The position numbers and the translations under genes are program-made. From positions 22,927,808 to 22,991,807 of the forward strand of contig CM119269.1 of NCBI GenBank assembly GCA_051294375.1: a stretch of 64,000 bases of DNA, read 5' to 3'. The number at the start of each line of letters is the position of its first letter. The first letter of the stretch is position 1. The notes under the pieces were generated by a model. It saw nothing but the letters and a program-made list of their open reading frames with translations. It searched no databases and was not told where the DNA came from. This document shows, in pieces, positions 13,539 to 27,932 of this stretch. Source of the stretch: Paraspadella gotoi. Lineage: Eukaryota; Animalia; Chaetognatha.

Positions 13539-13659
13539 GTTTCAACTTTTGACCGAAATTGTGTCCGCTTCCTCAGTCGTCGTCTTCGTCCTCCTCCTCC
13601 TCCTCCTCCTCCTCCTCCTCCTACGAATCAATTAGTCCCCCCCTTCAAAAAAATATGAG
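13539..13659 (+). other. Candidate host exon (probably 5'UTR, ending ATG AG|GT)
   Basis: Strong acceptor ttttctctttttttcAG, a GC-richer body and donor AG|GTGAGA. ATG at 13655. Confidence 0.35.
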
Positions 13660-14525
13660 GTGAGAACCGAAAAAAAGTCATTTTTCAAAAATCCCAAAAA
13701 TAATTCACGTCTCCAGTTATTTTTTTTTACTTTCGTCGTGAAAACGAGGGGAGAATAATGTTTGTTTTTATAGTACGAATATAATATATATATCTTAGAA
13801 TAGTACTAAATAAGATTGAATTCATCAATCTCGTTTGCATATAGTGGTAAATTATTTCAAGTCTCTTTGGTTTATTTTCTGTTTTAATATTAAGCCTATT
13901 TTTGGGTTTTACAATTGATTCATATGTAGATACATTTTTCATTCATGAGATGTTCATGAAATGTTATATTGAAAGGAACGAGAGGAGAAAGTGTGGCTCC
14001 CATACTCAATATGCCCAGTGGGTGTGGGAGATTCTTCTTTTCTAACATAAATACTAAAGCTTCCTTTTATTACTGAAAATACTATGGCTAATCAACCCAA
14101 AATACAAAAATATTTTTGCAATAACAACAGCTTAAGTAGTTACAACATCGTATAAACAACGAAATCCACTCCAGAAGGTATTGGAAAGTAATATATTATA
14201 GTAGCATGAACTGCAACGACGGGTAATTACAGCAACTGAAAAATTGAACAGTAATATAAGAAATAACAGCAAAAACCCATCTTCAGCGACTACAGCCCCA
14301 AACGGTAACAACAGCGTCAACAACAATAACATCGACATCAACTGCATCGAGAGAAAATCCTCGATTTTTAGAAAATCTTTTTAAAAAATTCATTCCAGCT
14401 GAGGTTTTATGCTTCTTTGACCGAGTTTCCTCCTTTTCCTTCACACGAAACAAATAAAAAAACAAAAAATAAAGAACAAAAAAATTCTAAAAGTTTTTAG
14501 AAAAAAAAAAGAAAAAAAAAAACTA

Positions 14526-14683
14526 GACCTTATTTTCCCAAAACGCCCCATTGTGTCTTAAATTCAAAATTAGAGATTGAAGTTAGGGATTAGTTTATCA
14601 GTTAAACTTTGTAGTATATAACAATTAAAATTAATTTCTGGGAAAAATGAACAAAAATGGGTCACTCTTGGAATATAGAGCTC
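14526..14683. mobile_element. MITE family 1, short copy with 8-bp TSD
   Basis: TIRs GACCTTATTTTCCCAAAACGCCCCATT and AATGGGTCACTCTTGGAATATAGAGCTC. Flanks aaaaacta/aaaaccta match 7/8. Confidence 0.65.
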
Positions 14684-14756
14684 AAAACCTAATTGGAATC
14701 GAGAAAGTGACTTCAGAAGGGAAGAGTCGAACGGGAGAGACTGAGACATGGAAGGA

Positions 14757-14856
<100 letters not shown>

Positions 14857-15426
14857 CCAACCTCATTCACTGGTTTCCCACAAATTCGACTTTAAACTCG
14901 GGAATTCGTAAGAGTTTAAGGTTCACCGTCTATCTGTCTGTCTGTCTCACTGTCTGTCTCTGTCTCTCTGTCTCTGTTCGAATGCCAGTTATAATGTTAT
15001 ATCTCAATTACTTTTATGATATAAGACTATTTCTCTTCCTTATTCTATTTCTATCTTTTTCACTCTTACTCTTCTTATCTTCTCCTCTTCATATCTTTTC
15101 CTCTCTTCCTCTTCTTATCTTTTCCTCTCTTTCTCTTCTTATCTTTTCCTCTCTTCCTCTTCTTATCTTTTCCTCTTCTTATCTTTTCCCCTCTTTCTCT
15201 TCTTATATTTTCCTATTTTCCTCTTCTTATCTTTTCCTCTCTTCCGCTTCTTATCTTTTCCTCTCTTCCTCTTCTTATCTTTCTCCTTCTCTTATCTTTT
15301 CTTTTCTCACATAATTTTTCGTCCAAGAGTTGGAATCTTTTGGTTATTTGATCTCTTCTTTCAACAAGAAACTGTTTACTCCATCTGCGAGAGAAAAAAG
15401 CTCCGCAGGAAATTGGGAAAACTCGG

Positions 15427-15485
<59 letters not shown>

Positions 15486-15694
15486 AGTGAAGTGCCAAAT
15501 ATTAGTTTATTGGAAAAAAAGTATTCAGTTTAAAATGAAATTCTAAATTTAGATTTTAATGAGAATGCAATCAAAACAAGAAAATAGAAAAAAGGAAGAA
15601 AAAAGAAAAAAGATAGAAAGAAAGAATGAAGGAAGGAAGGAAGGAGGAAAGGAGAAAGAAAGAAAGAAAGATGTAGGTTTTCTGTCATTCACAG

Positions 15695-15718
15695 ACGAAA
15701 CTGGTTTGTTGTGCAAAG
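15695..15718 (+). other. Candidate 24-nt symmetric microexon (DETGLLCKG in phase 1)
   Basis: gttttctgtcattcacAG|acgaaactggtttgttgtgcaaag|GTAAGA. Confidence 0.25.
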
Positions 15719-15950
15719 GTAAGAAACAGAGGTCAATTCTTGACTAGAGAGCGAGACAAAACGAGAGAGAAGCGGAGAGAGGGAGGGAGGGATGGGACGG
15801 GAGAGACGAGGCGAGAGACGAGAGAGAGACTGATCCATCAATTGACTCTTATACTTTTCACAGAGAACGAACGAGAGAGAGGAGAGAGAGAGACGGCAGT
15901 CAGCCAGCCTCAAAACAACAACCTCTTGGTTTTACGAGATGCAGTCCCGT

Positions 15951-17335
15951 TTTTTTTTCTTTAATATTTTTTCTTCCCCAGATGTCCTCAGGGCTTTTTA
16001 TTGTTCTCTGGGACGAAAACGCAAATTGTTTGTCTTTTCTTAAAATCTCTGGATTTATCATAAAATGGGTGCAAACAATATAAAAATTGCTATTTATCAG
16101 TATAAATGCTATCCTGCCCCTGACTTTAAGCAGGCTATGTTATGGTCTTTTTTAAATCTCATAGTCATACTTAAAATTATTTGTAAGTTTTCAAACTCTT
16201 TCCGTTTTACCGTCAATAATTAAATAAGTATTTCCTAAATTTTCAATTCTATTACTGTTACTTTTATCCGTCCTAAATCATGAATTTATCAAATACTAAA
16301 TCCCAAATCTGAAGACTACTAAGAATTAATTCGATTTTACTGTGAATCTCGAGTGCGAATTCCTTCTCGAAGTCACGTGACCTCAAAACGTGATTCTATC
16401 ACGTGATTCTTTGACGCTCTGCTTTCAAGTCGATTCACGCAGAGTAGGGCGAAACAAAGCGAAGGAAAGCAAAGGTAAAGATAGAAAGTATAGGGGGAAA
16501 AGCAGATTAAAGCGAAAAAAAAGCAAAGTGGAGGAAAACGGGAAAAGCGAAAAAAAAGCAAAGAAAAGGAGAGGAAGCAAATGTGAATCTTGGAAAAGGA
16601 AAGAAATTTATTTGAAAGGCGGCGTCATGAAAGAGGTAGAGAGAGTTTTTTTCTTTAATTATTTTTTCTTCCCCAGATGTCCTCAGGGCTTTTTATTGTT
16701 CTCTGGGACGAAAAACCAAATTGTTTGTCTTTTCTTAAAATTCTGGATTTATCATAAAATGGGTGCAAACAATATAAAAATTGCTATTTATCAGTATAAA
16801 TGCTATCCTGCCCCTGACTTTAAGCAGGCTATGTTATGGTCTTTTTTAAATCTCATAGTCATACTTAAAATTATTTTGTAAGTTTTCTAAACTCTTTCCG
16901 TTTTTACCGTCATAATTAAATAAGTATTTCCTAAATTTTCAAATTCTATTACTGTTACTTTTATCCGTCCTAAATCAATGAATTTATCAAATACTAAATC
17001 CCAAATCTGAAGACTACTAAGAATTAATTCGATTTTACTGTGAATCTCGAGTGCGAATTCCTTCTCGAAGTCACGTGACCTCAAAAACGTGATTCTATCA
17101 CGGTGATTCTTTGACGCTCTGCTTTCAAAGTCGATTCACGCAGAGTAGGAACAAAGCGAAGGAAAGCAAAGGTAAAGATAGAAAGTATAGGGGAAAAGCA
17201 GATTAAAGCGAAAAAAAAAGCAAAGTAGGAAAAACGGGAAAAGCGAAAAAAAGCAAAGAAAAGGAGAGGAAGCAAATGTGTGAATCTTTGGAAAAGGAAA
17301 AATTTATTTGAAAGGCGGCGTCATGAAAGAGGTAG

Positions 17336-17345
<10 letters not shown>
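15951..17345 (+). repeat. Tandem duplication, 695-bp period
   Basis: ccccagatgtcctcagggc at 15976 and 16671. The copies differ mainly by 1-nt indels and end beside a 25-N gap. Confidence 0.93.
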
Positions 17346-17385
<40 letters not shown>

Positions 17386-17453
17386 NNNNNNNNNNNNNNN
17401 NNNNNNNNNNCGTTTAGAGAGGAGTGGAGAGAGAGAGAGAGAGAGGAGAGAGA

Positions 17454-17510
<57 letters not shown>

Positions 17511-17899
17511 AGAGGGTTTCGTTTTTTCGGCTCAAATGAGGATTTGTTTTTTTGAATCCTCGTCGCAGCTGAATTTCTGAAGATCGGAAGAAAACGCAGC
17601 GTAGTTGCATTGGTTGGGGACAGGAAAACCTTGATAGGCAATTGATTGGTTGGGGACAGGAAAACCTTGATAAGGCAATGATTGGTTGGGAACAGCAAAA
17701 AGCTTGATGAGACAATGATTGGTTTAGAAAGATATAGAGCTCTATTAGACAATGATTGTCTGGGGAAAGGAAAGCTTGATAAGACAATGATCGCGAGCTT
17801 GTAAGACAATGATTGGTTTTAAAAAAAAAAAGAATTTGATCGAAACAAGCGAATTTGTTTGCTTGGGATAGGAAGTTCTTGAGAGGATAAAGAGAGGAG

Positions 17900-17932
<33 letters not shown>

Positions 17933-18093
17933 CACGCCGGAGTATGATTGTGATATAAAGAGACGAAAATTTAAAAGAATTATGAGGGAAATAAATGATA
18001 TGAAAAATTAAAAAAAATAAAAAAAGAACAAGATGCAAAATCAAGACGCAACTGAAGAATATAGGGAAGAATGACAGAGAGAGGATAGAAGAG

Positions 18094-18174
<81 letters not shown>

Positions 18175-19896
18175 AAGATAGAGAAGATAGAGTGAGAGAG
18201 AGTGAAGAGAGAGAGAATAACGATGAAGAAAGATGAATGAGGAGAGGGAAAAAGAAAGAAAAGGAACTCAAACCATAAGAAAATTCCTTTCATTTTTCTT
18301 TCTTTTTTTTTCCTCCACTTTCTTTCTTTGACTTTTGCCGTTTGAGTTTTTTTTCATTGGCAAATTAGTTTGGATTGAAGAATTCCCTCGATTTTTTTAA
18401 GGGGAGGGGGAAGAAAGGAGGAGGAGGAGGAAGAGGAAGAAGAGGAGGAGGAGGAGGAAGAGGAAGAAGAGAAGACATCGAGTTTGTACGTTTAGTGATT
18501 GACGGGTTTAAGGAGGATTAAGGAAAAAAGGGGAGGAAAAAGGAGGAAAAAGGAGGAAAAAGAAGGAAAAAGGAAGAAAAAATATAAAAAGGATAAAAAG
18601 GAGGAAAAAGAGAAAAGGAGAAAAAAAAGGAAAAAAATGAGGAAAAGGGACAGAAGGGACAAAAGGAGAAAAAAGGAGGAAAAGGGCGAAAGGACAAAAT
18701 GGAATCAGATGAAAGGGAAGATGGAAAATATTGGGAAAAAGAAAAAAAAAAAAACGAAGGAGAAAAAAATGGAAATAACCAAAGGCTGATGGGAAGTGGA
18801 AAAACTAAATGGGAAAAATGGTAAAAATGTCAAAAGATTAATGAAGGAAAAATGAAAGAAAGTGAAAATGGACATAAGAGGAAAGAAAAAGAAAAAAATT
18901 GGGAACAAAAAGGTTAAAAAGGGCAAAAGGGACAAAAGAGTTAAAAATGCCGAAAAAATGGACAAAAGGCAAAAAGAGAAAAGAGACAAAATAACAAAAA
19001 AAATAAATTAAAGAAAAAAAGGAGGAAAAAATGGTTTAAAGAAAAATAAGCGAAGCGGAGAAAGCAAAAAATTATGAGAAGGAAGAAAGGAAGATGGAAA
19101 GAAAAAGAAAAAGGAAAAGAAAAGAAGGAGAAAGAAGGATAAAGATAATAAAAAAAGCAGGGAGGAAAGGAGAAAAGAAAAGAAGAAGGAAAGTAAAGGA
19201 AAAAAGAAAGAAGGAGGAAGGAAAAAAGGAAAGAAGGGAGGAAGGAAAGGAGAAAAGAAAGAAGAAAAGTAGGAAGTGACATGTATCAAATAAAAAGGCT
19301 GACAGACGGACGGACGGACGTACGGACGGACGAGAAGAAAGATGGACATAAAAGGCCAAAGTAAGAAGCTTAAGAATTTCACGGTATTTTGGAACGGCAT
19401 GTTTTGTTGTAGATATTAAAAATTTAATCATTTTTGAAAATTTTTAATTTAAAACATTTTGATTCATTTTGTTTGGATTTATTAATTTTAATTTAAAACA
19501 TTTTGATTCAGCCTGAAGAGATGATCAGCTGATATCAGCTGATCAGATCAAATCGAGATCGTGAATTTCTTTAAATATTGTACTCTTCCGTTAAAAGCGA
19601 TAACATAGCTACATAGTACATAGTTACATTTATTCTTTGGACATAAAGAAAAAGGCATTGAATTCTGTCGTTTTTCACTTGATGGTGGCAAGGCCACTTT
19701 CTCTCTCTCTCTCTGCAGCGGGTGCATCTTATTATTTAACGTTATTAGCTTTATCTCCTTCAGCCGTCGTCCTCCTGCAGCCTTCAATGTCTTCGTCGTC
19801 GTCGTCGTCGTCGTCTTTTCTTCTCGGACCCTCAATCAACTCATTCTATCGCATATCGATGGGAATTGAATGAAGAAAGACTTTTCCCCTTCTCTC

Positions 19897-19961
<65 letters not shown>

Positions 19962-20796
19962 CCCCCCTCTCTCTCTCTTCTCTCCTCTTTATCTTATTTT
20001 CTTCTCACTCTTTTTATTTATTGTTATACTTCCTCCCTCCCTCCGTTATCTCTTCCTATGTTCCTACCTCTTCCTACCTCTTCCCCCTTTTTTCTATTTT
20101 CACATTCTTATTACTTTTTTCTTCTTTCCTCTCTCACAGTTATTCACACCACCAATATTCACCTTTTGTACCTATCACCCAACTATAAAATCCATCCTTA
20201 GTATTCTGTTACAACAACCCATTAATTTGTGCACTATAGCTGCCCTCCTCTTTCCTCCCTTCCCCCCCCCCCCTTCCTCCTCCGCCCCCCTCCTCCCCCT
20301 CCTCCAGGTCCTCCTGCCCTACATACGTACGAAAATTCAATTTATGAGCACTAAGCATATTGGTTTTATGGTTAATATTTTTTTGCAATGTCCACATAAT
20401 GCTATAATATAATATATGCTTATAATGTCTTTTGGTATTTTAATGATCGGAGCTTAAAGTTCAAAAAATATATTACTTTTAAATTGATTAACTTAGTAGC
20501 TGCTAAACTCGATGGAAGTTGATTTTTGGTTTCATACTATTCAAAATATAAAGATACTTGTGTGATACTTTCTGCATTTGACCTGCTAAAACCTAAAATC
20601 TTCAATCCTTCCTTGACCCCTCTCTCCCCTTTCTAAATAATACTTAAAATACCTTAGCCCTATGCTTCTCCCGCCTTTAAATTTGCCGACCTTCTTCCAG
20701 AATGTAAGAGTCACTAATCTCCCACCAGGTCAATTTGCCCACCCTTCGAGTTGCCTCACTCTTACAATCGCCCCCGTTTCTTTTTACCCCTCAAAT

Positions 20797-20874
<78 letters not shown>

Positions 20875-20962
20875 AAAATTGTCCTGTTCGTCTCTGAAGC
20901 CAGAAATTGGAATCTTCTTACTCTCCTGTTCGCATCACCACGTCTTTCAACTTTGCAAACGG

Positions 20963-20996
<34 letters not shown>

Positions 20997-22267
20997 CCTC
21001 TCTCTCTCTGCTCTCTCTCTCTCTGTCTCTCTTTCTCTCTCTCTGTTTCTTTCTCTCTTTTTCTCTTTCTTTTCCTTCTTCTTATTTCTTCTATCTTTCT
21101 TTTCTCTCCTTCAACCTATCTTAGCTCTTTTTTTCCTATCTTTTTTCTCGTTTTTCTTTCTTTCCCTCTCAAACCTATCTCACTGCTCCTCTTCCTATCT
21201 TTTTTCTTTCTCCCCTTTCAACCTAGTCTAACTCTTCTTTCCTATTCTGTTCCTTAAAAGTTTAAAAAATTACTTCACTTGCCTGAGGTCAGACTCGGCC
21301 TGGTATATGTATAAAAACTTTCCTTATTTTCTTTTTTCTTTCTATTTTTTCCTCTCTACGTCTCTCATTATTACTATACAACCTAAAGACTCTGAGAAAT
21401 TTATTCTTCTTCTTCCCGGTTCTTATTCCCAGAACTTAACCATTAAATAATACATAACCCAGTCATAACATTCTTAAAATATATTTTAAATAAGAGACAC
21501 TGCCAATATGCAAATTAGATCATTAAACGTACTTAGAAGGAGCTGGCCAAGAATTTATCACTATTTTCTCATTAACAATGTGATGACTTTTCTCCTGTTC
21601 TGTCTTCATCATGTTGCGTCATCATCACATCGGTCTTCGTCGTCGTCATCGTCGTCGTCATCTTCGTCGCCGACTCGACCGCGATGAAAACACATTTCCT
21701 CTCCGAATGCATACAAAACACATCAGCCACCAATCTAAACAAAACAAAACAAAACAAAAAAAAAACAACGATGTCAACAAAACGAGCTTTTCAATCGTTC
21801 TCCGTATTTCAACGTTCGACGCCTCACGGAAAACGAGAAGAAGAAAAAGATAAAAAACATCAAAAATATTGAAAATTAATGGTTCTTAAACAAGCTATCT
21901 TTTCTGAACTTATTTATTTGAATTTAAAGATGCTGTGGTGCGTGATTTCAGTTCACACTTTACAAGACCAATGACATTGCAGAGACCCGTCCAAGCTTTT
22001 TCAATAAAGACAGATAGAAGAATGTGCTCATAGCAAATGGAACCAATTTATAAAATACGACAATATGCAAATCAGATTAATGTGCACAATAACATTCCCC
22101 ATCATCCACCCAATCTTCTACACTTCCACTCCGCCAACTTCTAAAGCCAGAATCCCGCGTTTTGCTGCCGTCTGTTCGGCGGCGGCGCGCCGCGGCGGAG
22201 AGGAGGCGACGGCGGCCGGCGGACAGAGAGGCGGTGCTAATGATTAGATCCGCTCGAAATGTTGTCT

Positions 22268-22327
<60 letters not shown>

Positions 22328-22419
22328 TTTTTCTACCTCTTGAAGTCCCCGGTTGAAAACATTGCAAATGACAGTGAAGAAACGATAGCGAGCGAGAAAA
22401 CGGACTCTCTCTCTCTTCT

Positions 22420-22469
<50 letters not shown>

Positions 22470-22620
22470 CTCTTCTCTCTCTCTCCTCTCTTCTCTCTCT
22501 CTATGCAGGACGTGCCCTCGGCTCTCTAGCTAATACGATATAATTTCATAATTAGTCGAAGCTTGAAATTTTGAATTTATTCAGACTCGTTAGCCTATTT
22601 TTTTTAACGCCATTCTCTCT

Positions 22621-22657
<37 letters not shown>

Positions 22658-23026
22658 TTCTGTTTTTTCGGCTCAAATGAGGATTTGTTTTTTGAATCCT
22701 CGTCGCAGCTGAATTTCTGAAGATCGGAAGAAAACGCAGCGTAGTTGATTGGTTGGGGACAGGAAAACCTTGATAAGGCAATGATTGGTTGGGGACAAGA
22801 AAACCTTGATAAGGCAATGATTGGTTGGGAACAGCAAAAGCTTGATGAGACAATGATTGGTTTAGAAAGATATAGAGCTCTATTAGACAATGATTGTCTG
22901 GGGAAAGGGAAAGCTTGATAAGACAATGATCGCGAGCTTGTTAAGACAATGATTGGTTTAAAAAAAAAAAGAATTTGATGAAACAGCGAATTTGTTTGCT
23001 TGGATAGGAAGTTCTTGAGAGGATAA

Positions 23027-23066
<40 letters not shown>

Positions 23067-23219
23067 CAGCCGGAGTATGATTGTGATATAAAGAGACGAA
23101 ATTTAAAAGAATTATGAGGGAAATAAATGATATAAAAAATTAAAAATAAAAAAAAGAACAAGATGCAAAATCAAGACGCAACTGAAGAATATAGGGAAGA
23201 ATGACAGAGAGAGATAGAA

Positions 23220-23268
<49 letters not shown>

Positions 23269-25021
23269 AAGATAGAGAGATAGAGTGAGAGAGAGTGAGA
23301 GAGAGAGAATAACGATGAAGAAAGATGAATGAAGGGGAAAAAAGAAAAGAAAAGGAACTCAAACCATAAGAAAAATTCCTTTCATTTTTCTTTCTTTTTT
23401 TTTCCTCCACTTTCTTTCTTTGACTTTTGCAGTTTGAGTTTTTTTCATGCAAATTAGTTTTGATTGAAGATTTCCCTCGATTTTTTTAAGGGGAGGGGGA
23501 AGAAAAGGAGGAGGAGGAGGAAGAGGAAGAAGAGGAGGAGGAGGAGGAAGAGGAAGAAGAGAAGACAATCGAGTTTGTACGTTTAGTGATTGACGGGTTT
23601 AAGGAGGATTAAGGAAAAAGGGGAGGAAAAAGGAGGAAAAAGGAGGAAAAAGGAGGAAAAAGGAAGAAAAAAATAAAAAAGGATAAAAAAGGAGGAAAAA
23701 GGAGGAAAAAGGAGAAAAAAGGAGAAAAAATGAGGAAAAGGGACAGAAGGGACAAAAGGAGAAAAAAGGAGGAAAAGGGACGAAAGGGACAAAATGGAAT
23801 CAGATGAAAGGGAAGATGGAAAATATTTGGGAAAAAAGAAAAAAAAAAGACGAAAGAGAAAAAAATGGAAAATGAACCAAAGGCTGATGGGAAGTGAAAA
23901 AACTAAATGGGAAAAATGGTAAAAATGTCAAAAGATTAATGAAGGAAAAATGAAAGAAAGTGAAAATGGACATAAGAGGAAAGAAAAAGAAAAAAATTGG
24001 GAACAAAAAGGTTAAAAAGGGCAAAAGGGACAAAAGAGTTAAAAATGCCGAAAAAATGGACAAAAGGCAAAAAGAAGAAAAGAAGACAAAATAACAAAAA
24101 AAATAAATAAAGAAAAAGAAAGGAGGAAAAAATGGTTAAAGAAAAATAAGCGAAGCGGAGAAAGAAAATTATGAGAAGGAAGAAAGGAAGATGGAGAAGA
24201 AAAAAGGAAAAGAAAAGAAAGGAGGAAAGAAAAGGATAAAGATAATAAAAAAAGCAGGGAGGAAAGGAGAAAAGAAAAGAAGAAGGAAAGTAAAGGAAAA
24301 AAGAAAAGAAGGGAGGAAAGGAAAAAAGGAAAGAAGGGAGGAAAGGAAAGGAGAAAAGAAAAGAAGAAAAGAGGAAGTGACATGTATCAAATAAAAAGGC
24401 TGACAGACGGACGGACGGACGTACGGACGGACGGACGAAGAGATGGACATAAAAGGCCAAAGTAAGAAGCTAATGAATTTCACGGTATTTTGGAACGGCA
24501 TGTTTTGTTTGGATTTATTGATTTTAATTTAAAACATTTTAATTCATTTTGTTTGGATTAATTAATTTTAATTTAAAACATTTTGATTCATTTTGTTTGG
24601 ATTTATTAATTTTAATTTAAAACATTTTGATTCAGCTGAAGAGATGATCAGCTGATGATCAGCTGATCAGATCAAATCGAGATCGTGAATTTCTTTAAAT
24701 ATTGTATCTTCCGTTAAAAGCGATTACATAGTACATAGTACATAGTACATTTATTCTTTGGACATAAAGAAAAAGGCATTGAGATTCTGTCGTTTCACTT
24801 GATGGTGGCAAGGCCACTTTCTCTCTCTCTCTCTGCAAGGGGTGATCTTATTATTTAACGTTATTACTTTATCTCCTTCAGCCGTCGTCCTCCTGCAGCC
24901 TTCATTGTCTTCGTCGTCGTCGTCGTCGTCGTCTTTTCTTCTCGGACCCTCAATCAACTCATTTCTATCGCATATCGAGGGAATTGAATGAAAGAAAGAC
25001 TTTTCCCCCTTCTCCCTCTCT
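17511..25021 (+). repeat. Direct duplication: 17511-19890 re-copied at 22652-25021
   Basis: Same start (agaggg..ttttttcggctcaaatgaggatttg) and collinear sequence. Includes a ~36-bp repeat (aatgattggttggggacaggaaaaccttgataaggc). Confidence 0.93.
20760..22610 (+). repeat. Block A, present 4 times (also 27620-29490-, 31370-33195+, 35740-37325+)
   Basis: Shared unique markers, e.g. gtcagactcggcctggtatatgtataaaaac and cggtgctaatgattagatccgctcgaaatg. Confidence 0.93.
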
Positions 25022-25046
25022 NNNNNNNNNNNNNNNNNNNNNNNNN

Positions 25047-27727
25047 GCAAGACCTAAACAGCGGACAAGACATACCGACCCGACAGAACCGACTGAAAAA
25101 GTTGGCCTATGATTCGATGGCGGTCACTAAAAAGGAAAATAAAGTAAAAAAAAAAACAGATAGGAAAGGAGAGAAATAAGTAACAGGAAAAAAAATAACG
25201 TAAAGGTAAAAATAAAGTAAAAAGAAAAAAATAAAGTAAAAGGAGAAAATTAAAATAAAAAGAAAAATAAAGTAAGGAGAAAAATATAAGTGAAAAAAGG
25301 AAAATAAAGTAAACCAGGAAAAAATAAAGTAAAAAGGAAAAATGTAAAAGGGAAAAAAATAAAGTAAAAGGAGAAAAATAAGTAAAAAAGGAAAAAATAA
25401 AGGTAAAATGAGAAATAAAGTAAGGAAAAAGAGAAACTGGGTTCCGATTCATATTCAATGCAAAGTCTCTCCAATTAGCGTCCGAAAGTCAGGAAAGCCT
25501 TGCGACGACGAACGATCGACGACGAAGACGAGACGAAGACGACGAGCGACCGACGAAAAACGACGACGACGACCGCCAATGTGGAAGCCTTGCTTGAAGG
25601 TAGCTTTGGTGGGTTGGCGTCCAGCCTATTGGTTGAAGGATGATGATGAAGATGATGTTGATGAAGATGAATTAAGATGAATGATGATGACGGACGATGA
25701 TGAAGACGATGATGGAGATGACGATTAATATGATGATGGTGATGATGATAATGATTGAGACGACGATGACGACTTAGGAAGTATAAAGATGATGATGATG
25801 ATGAAATGAACGACGATGAATGAAGATGATGTATAGATGATGATGATGAACGACGAAGGATGAAGATGATGTATTTGATGATGATGATGGTGATGAGATG
25901 ATGATGTGATGATGATGATGACGATGACGATAACGAGACGACGAGGATTTTTATGGTTACAGCCAGTCTTTTGTCAACAGCGGGAAGCAAGAGTTACTAC
26001 TGAGAGGGGCGACGACGACGACGACGGAGACGACCGAACGACGTCAACCCAACTGTTCTTCCGCCCAGAGGCGCAGATGCGATTCGATCCTTGCGTCAAT
26101 TTTGTTTTGACTCGTTCTCAGTCAAATCGAAAGTTGATTTGAGTTTAAGAAAGAGATTAGAGGGGAAGAATTAGGGAGGAAGTGAGAGGAGACTAGAGGA
26201 GGGGAGGGGAAGAATGGAAGAAGAAGATTAAGGAGAAAAGGAAAGAGGATTAGGGAGGAAGAGAGGGGATTAGAGGGAGGGGAAGGGGGATTAGGGAGGG
26301 AGTGAGTGGAGATTAGAGGAGGAATAGGGGAAGAAAGGAAGAAGAAGAATAGAGGTAAAGAGATAAGAGGGGACGAGGGAGGAAGAGGAGGAGAGAAAGA
26401 GATAGTGAGGGAAGAAGAGAGGGAGGAAGAGGGAGGAGGGAGGAGAGAGGGAGGGAAGAGAGAGGATGAGAAAGAGAGGGAGGAAGAGGATTGATTGTGA
26501 TTTTGATTTATTATCTCAAAATGTGAAAATTTAATTTCATTTTTGTTCTTCTTCTTTTCGTCGTCGTCGTTATCTCTTTTCTCTTTATTTGAGGTTAGTT
26601 TTTTTTTGAACTCAAATTACGTAGTAATTTTTTATGATTAGGAGAGGAAGAGAAGGAGGAAGAGGAGGAGGAAGAGAGGATTATTTCCCGTGGTCCGTTT
26701 TTTTTTTGCGCCGGAAATTCATTTAGCTCTCATTTGCTCGTTGTGTTTGTCCGTCGTTGTGATTTTTGTTGTTGTCAGTACATCGTCTCCGTCGTCTTTG
26801 TTCGTCGTCGTCAATCGTAAGTCGTCGTCATCTTCGTCTCCAGCAGCTAAAAACTCATTCTTTATGACTAAAATTGTTAACGAGAGAGAATTTGCAAAAA
26901 TATGAAATAAAAAAAACCCGAGCTAATTATAAATTTTCTCTCTCCCTCTCACGCTCGCTCTGGCTCTCTCTCTTTCTCACTCTCTCCACCCTCTCGCTCT
27001 ATTCCTCTTCTCATCCTCCCTCCTCCCCCCCTCTCTCTCTCTCTCACAACCACACTCTCTCTCTCTCCCTACAAAATAGCAACAGTAATGGGGGTCACGT
27101 GATTGGGTGTCAAGTCATCGAAAAAATTGAGTAAACATATGAAACTCGTGAACAAACAGTAATAGAAGAGATGCTCTGCAGTAAAAACAAACTGCTTATG
27201 CAAATAGTAGTACCGATAATTGCCACAGTTACTGTACGTTTTAGCAGAAGTAGCTTCAGTAATAGAAGTACATTATTAATGGTTGTAGAAAATAAGGTTT
27301 TATAGTATCCTAAATATTGAAACTTTTAAATAAAGAGTCTTGAAAAAAGTTTCAGATATGTGCTATGAATATGAGTTTAATCTTGTAAGAAGTGATGGAG
27401 GCCTTAAACCTTCAAAAGATTGTCCAGTCAGGGGAAAGAGCTTATTTTGTTGAATTGAACGGATAATCTTTATATGGATTTGGTACCAATTTTCATATTT
27501 CTATCACAAATGACGATGATACGACGACAACGACGATAACGAAGACTGAGAAAAGTGAGAAAGTAAAAATATATTCAAAGCGGAAATTTAGAGAATTAAT
27601 TAATTAAGGGGAAAAATTGGCGTTAAAAAAAATAGCTAACGAGTCTGAATAAATTCAAAATTTCAACTTTCGACTAATTATGAAATTATATCGTATTAGC
27701 TAGAGAGCCGAGGGCACGTCCTTGCAT

Positions 27728-27789
<62 letters not shown>

Positions 27790-27893
27790 GAAGAGAGAGA
27801 GAAGAGAGAGAGAGGAGTCCGTTTTCTCGCTCGCGTCGTTTCTTCACTGTCATTTGCAATGTTTTCAACCGGGACTTCAAGAGGTAGAAAAAA

Positions 27894-27932
<39 letters not shown>

